DNA of 54,684 nucleotides from an uncultured Clostridiaceae bacterium (lineage in GTDB: Bacteria; Bacillota; Clostridia; Lutisporales; Lutisporaceae), in NCBI GenBank assembly GCA_964462065.1, contig CAYXAT010000001.1, positions 1 to 54,684 on the forward strand, in the 5' to 3' direction. A model generated the notes under the pieces. That model saw nothing but the letters and a program-made list of their open reading frames with translations. It was not told the DNA's origin and did not search any database. Below, one piece after another: positions 51,694-54,684 of the stretch. Every line of letters begins with the position of its first letter. Positions within the stretch are counted from its first letter, which is position 1. Both the position numbers and the translations under genes were made by a program.

Positions 51694-52071
51694 ACAATAA
51701 CTTCCTTAGTTTTTTATCTTGTATTAGTTATAGCATTATACTATAGCTTCTTTGTATAATTCTAACCGCAAACTTCAAATAAATAGAATGCCCGGGTTAC
51801 TCATATATATTTCTATAAAATAAACTGATATCCTTCTTATTAAATTGAAATATTTAAAACCGATTACTATGTATTTATCTTTTCGTATCCTTTTAGGCAA
51901 AGAGATTAGTTTAGTTTATTAATTGGGTTGTAGAGGGTTATGATGAAGGAAGTAAAAGATGGGAACATTTACTTAGAGAGTTTAAGGATAATGGCAAGAC
52001 AAAAAGCATATATATAGTTTAGATACCGATTACAAGATTAATATAAAAATACCGTCATTGGAGGCATAAGC

Positions 52072-52353
52072 ATGAATACATTAATTCTATCAATCGGTGT
52101 TTTAAATTTATTTGACTTATGGGCAACACTACAATGGATTGTGGCAGATGCGGGTCTTGAAGCTAATCCAATTATGAAAATACTGTGGATGTATAATCCG
52201 CGGTTTTTTATATTGGTTAAAGTTGCTCTTGTAGTATTATTCTGCATTATAGCATATAAGACAAAGTATATCGAGTTAATGCGCCGCCTTATTTGGCTTC
52301 CTTTCTTTGCCTATATATGCATATCTATACTGCATTTATTAGTTTTGACATAA
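52072..52353 (+). CDS. DUF5658-like small membrane protein
   Basis: 93 aa, three hydrophobic segments. LNLFDLWATL....GLEANPIM motif. GGAGG Shine-Dalgarno site 7 nt upstream. Confidence 0.8.
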   Translation: MNTLILSIGVLNLFDLWATLQWIVADAGLEANPIMKILWMYNPRFFILVKVALVVLFCIIAYKTKYIELMRRLIWLPFFAYICISILHLLVLT

Positions 52354-52469
52354 AGGAAATTAAATTCAGTTCAATTTAATTAAGCTCTTAGGTAAAAACA
52401 TATTAATAAATTCCGGCTATAAGTCAATATATGTTTTTTTAAATCAACATAAAAATATAAGCCAAAAAC

Positions 52470-52498
52470 ATTAATAAACCCACTAATATAGCGGGTTT
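52470..52498 (-). terminator. Candidate terminator after tRNA-Pro
   Basis: On the minus strand, AAACCCGC-TATATTA-GTGGGTTT (one G-U) is followed by ATTAATGTTTTTGG. Confidence 0.55.
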
Positions 52499-52510
52499 CC
52501 ATACAAAAAA

Positions 52511-52587
52511 TGGTCTGGGTGAAGGGACTTGAACCCCCGGCCTCTTGAACCCCATTCAAGCGCGCTACCAAACTGCGCCACACCCAG
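52511..52587 (-). tRNA. tRNA-Pro (anticodon GGG)
   Basis: Hand-folded 77-nt cloverleaf. Acceptor stem CTGGGTG/CACCCAG with C1-G72, discriminator A73 and an encoded CCA. D arm GCGC/GCGC. Anticodon arm CTTGA-AUGGGGU-TCAAG with U33, GGG at 34-36 and G37. T arm GGGGG-TTCAAGT-CCCTT. Confidence 0.9.
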
Positions 52588-52607
52588 ATATTTTTATCAC
52601 ATATAGA

Positions 52608-52636
52608 AATATAGCATATAGAATAACAAATTTCAA
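52608..52636 (-). promoter_or_regulatory. Candidate sigma-A promoter for tRNA-Pro
   Basis: On the minus strand, TTGAAA, a 17-nt spacer, then TATATT. The -10 element ends about 20 nt before the tRNA 5' end. Confidence 0.55.
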
Positions 52637-52736
52637 GAATTATAAAAAAGAATTATAAAAAAGCCTTTGACACGAATCATGTCCTTCCATGCTGAACATT
52701 TAATTAAATCTTATCTAATAGTTTAATATTTTGCTT

Positions 52737-53585
52737 TTAAAAAACCCCTGCCCTAAATGCATCCATCATTTCACCGGTCAGGCTAATTTTTAGTTCATCG
52801 GGAGGAATATCTTTTCTATTCATCCAAACTGCAAGCGAGAGTTCGTCCTCTTGTAATGTAATCTTGTCGTTTCCTTCAAGTTCAGCGAAAAAACCGGCGA
52901 TTATAATATCGGTAAAAGGCCATGGTTGACTTTTATAAAATCTTATATTTTTAACTAATAGACCCGCTTCCTCATGCACCTCTCTTCGGACGGCTTGCTC
53001 TAAAGTCTCACCTATTTCAACAAAACCGGCAATAAGCGCATAATTTGAATAAGGCCTACCCTTATATTTTGTAAGAAGCAATCGTTCTTTATCATGTACT
53101 GCTACTATTACACATGGTGATATAGTAGGATAGACTTGTAATCCGCATGCATTGCATAAAAGCATTCTTTCATTTTCAGCAGGCTGCATAGATTTGCCGC
53201 ATCTACTGCAAAATCTGTTATTCTTATACCATCTGTTAAGCTGCCATCCGATTGCACCTGCAAAGGACCTCCAATATTTAGGTTCAGTTCTAAATCTGCC
53301 TGTGCTTACATAAATCCATCCTTCGACAGAATCCAAGTTATTTTCATCCACCAGATAATAATTGATTTCATCGATTGTAAACAAAAATTGAGATTTATTT
53401 ATAAGATCAGGGAACACCGTCTCAAAGTCAAAAAAAGAAGGATACCAAAGCTTTTCTTTTTCCTCTTTGACTAAGACAGTATCGCCCCTATAAGAAAGAA
53501 AAAGATCTGTCGGTTCAGCGTTTCTTTTTTTAAATTGATTATAAAATACCTTTGGTTCTATATCTTGAATCATTGTATCTATCAC
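52737..53585 (-). CDS. nudC: NAD+ diphosphatase / NADH pyrophosphatase NudC (Nudix)
   Basis: Zinc ribbon CSRCG...CNACG followed by the Nudix box GFVEIGETLEQAVRREVHEEAGL and the SQPWPF motif. The start is GTG at 53585 or ATG at 53573. Confidence 0.9.
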   Translation of the reverse strand: MIDTMIQDIEPKVFYNQFKKRNAEPTDLFLSYRGDTVLVKEEKEKLWYPSFFDFETVFPDLINKSQFLFTIDEINYYLVDENNLDSVEGWIYVSTGRFRTEPKYWRSFAGAIGWQLNRWYKNNRFCSRCGKSMQPAENERMLLCNACGLQVYPTISPCVIVAVHDKERLLLTKYKGRPYSNYALIAGFVEIGETLEQAVRREVHEEAGLLVKNIRFYKSQPWPFTDIIIAGFFAELEGNDKITLQEDELSLAVWMNRKDIPPDELKISLTGEMMDAFRAGVF

Positions 53586-53687
53586 TCCGTCTTACTTTTT
53601 TTTAATTTATTATTTAAATAATAAAATGAAACAAACTTGTCAAGTTTTATTTATACTTTTGTTCGTTATAGTCTCCAATAAAAAATT

Positions 53688-54485
53688 CTATTTCTTATAA
53701 TGAACTACCCGATCAATCTTTCTATACCCAAGCCTTTCATAGATTTTACCGGCTTTGGGATTGTCATATTGCAGATATACATCCTTCCCTTCTTTTTGCA
53801 TAATACTGCTCAAATATTTAGTGCATTCGGTTGCATAACCCCTATTCCTGAAATCAGGCTCTGTAGCTACACCTACAATAAGTGCAGCATTTACTGTTTC
53901 AAAGTCAGTTTGAGCAACGGATATTATTCTGCTATTGTCCCTAATACATATTCCTCTTCCTCGCTCAGAGACAAATTTCTCTTCCATCACATCTTTAGGG
54001 CTGAAACTTTGAAAAACTTTTTGATATAGCTCTATAATTTCATCCAAATCCTTGATATCTATATTGCAGAATTCAATGCCTTTCTTCAGCGGCTCCAATT
54101 TAAAATCCTTTTCCAGCTTTGATATATAAGCCCCCTCATCTGCAATGGAAAAAACCCCGTTATCCAAAAGTTTATGACAATATAGTCTTGGTCCGATTAA
54201 CCTTTCGGATACCAGCGAAGATATGAGCCTGGAAAAACCGTTTATATCATATTCACCGGGAGCAAAAAACTGCAACAAGCCGCTTTTTCTTACAAAAAGT
54301 ACAGCTTTTAATTCTCCGTTCTTATATTCCCCATATATTTTATCATAAACTCTTTTCTTATTTGACAAACCCAATAGTATAAAATAGTTTCTAGCTATAT
54401 CTATAGTTTCAATAATTTGCTTTAAATGATAAAACTCACCGGATTTGACTTCTTTAATCATTCTGGCATTCTCTTCTTTCTTCAA
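53688..54485 (-). CDS. GNAT family N-acetyltransferase with an N-terminal extension domain
   Basis: 265 aa. C-terminal acetyl-CoA binding motif (VATEPDFRNRGYATECTKYL) plus YERLGY. The start is uncertain (TTG at 54485 or the ATG 8 codons in). Confidence 0.85.
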   Translation of the reverse strand: MKKEENARMIKEVKSGEFYHLKQIIETIDIARNYFILLGLSNKKRVYDKIYGEYKNGELKAVLFVRKSGLLQFFAPGEYDINGFSRLISSLVSERLIGPRLYCHKLLDNGVFSIADEGAYISKLEKDFKLEPLKKGIEFCNIDIKDLDEIIELYQKVFQSFSPKDVMEEKFVSERGRGICIRDNSRIISVAQTDFETVNAALIVGVATEPDFRNRGYATECTKYLSSIMQKEGKDVYLQYDNPKAGKIYERLGYRKIDRVVHYKK

Positions 54486-54534
54486 ATATTATCTTTACCT
54501 GCATGTAATATCTATACTTTTCATCAACAAACGT

Positions 54535-54684
54535 TTAATATAGCAAACTCAACAGCCAAGGTGCCATAAACACAGTTGCCAATCCGGCAGCACCTATGGC
54601 CAAAGAACCCATAGCTCCTTGTGTTTCTCCTAATTCAATCGCTTTTGCCGTACCTACAACATGTGATATTGTCCCTAGACCTAT
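54535..54684 (-). CDS. lrgB: LrgB/CidB family membrane protein, C-terminal 49 codons (5' end outside the window)
   Basis: The minus-strand frame reads IGLGTISHVVGTAKAIELGETQGAMGSLAIGAAGLATVFMAPWLLSLLY*. The H..GTAKA.E.GE..GAM.SL pattern is typical of LrgB. Confidence 0.8.
   Translation of the reverse strand: MGLGTISHVVGTAKAIELGETQGAMGSLAIGAAGLATVFMAPWLLSLLY

Noticed and set aside
52380-52583. A 67-aa minus-strand ORF (and the 52038..52247 ORF antisense to the DUF5658 gene).
   Set aside because: The 52380..52583 ORF starts inside the tRNA-Pro gene and runs through its terminator, so the tRNA explains this sequence. The 52038..52247 ORF is a shadow frame of the DUF5658 gene.

Overview
This 54.7-kb window is AT-rich (roughly 30% GC by eye) and looks like core chromosome from a Firmicutes/Clostridia-type organism. 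It carries about 55 tightly packed protein genes, nearly all on the minus strand. Gene order follows conserved Bacillus subtilis blocks (order recalled from memory). Read along the minus strand from high to low coordinates, these are: yggS-sepF-yggT-divIVA; ylyA-lspA-rluD-pyrR-pyr genes; rqcH (opposite strand) with yicC-remA-gmk-rpoZ-coaBC-priA-def-fmt-rsmB-rlmN-prpC-prkC-rsgA-rpe; rpmB (opposite strand); yloU-fakA-recG; rsmD-coaD and ylbJ-tmcAL; ackA-ylbN-rpmF; and plsX-acpP-rnc-smc-ftsY. There is also one tRNA-Pro(GGG), an rpmF gene missed by the ORF track, and several intrinsic terminators. I found no transposase, integrase, phage, CRISPR, restriction, toxin-antitoxin or other defence-type gene, and no convincing novel multi-gene system; this is mostly ordinary housekeeping DNA. 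The observations most worth a second look are: (1) eroded fabG and fabF fragments flanking an intact acpP, with fabD and fapR absent, which points to decay of type II fatty acid synthesis at this locus; (2) an unannotated intergenic repeat of about 79 nt present in three copies; (3) a tandem pair of NSS-family sodium symporter paralogs, about 86% identical, with different leaders; (4) a 19-codon upstream ORF translationally coupled to plsX; (5) a 49-aa two-helix membrane ORF below the ORF-track cutoff; (6) a compact pyrR-pyrC-pyrF-pyrK-pyrD-pyrE operon with no recognisable PyrR attenuator. Many ORF-track starts are over-extended, and several real starts appear to be TTG or GTG behind strong Shine-Dalgarno sites. 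All similarity statements are by-eye motif and family recognition; no database search was run.
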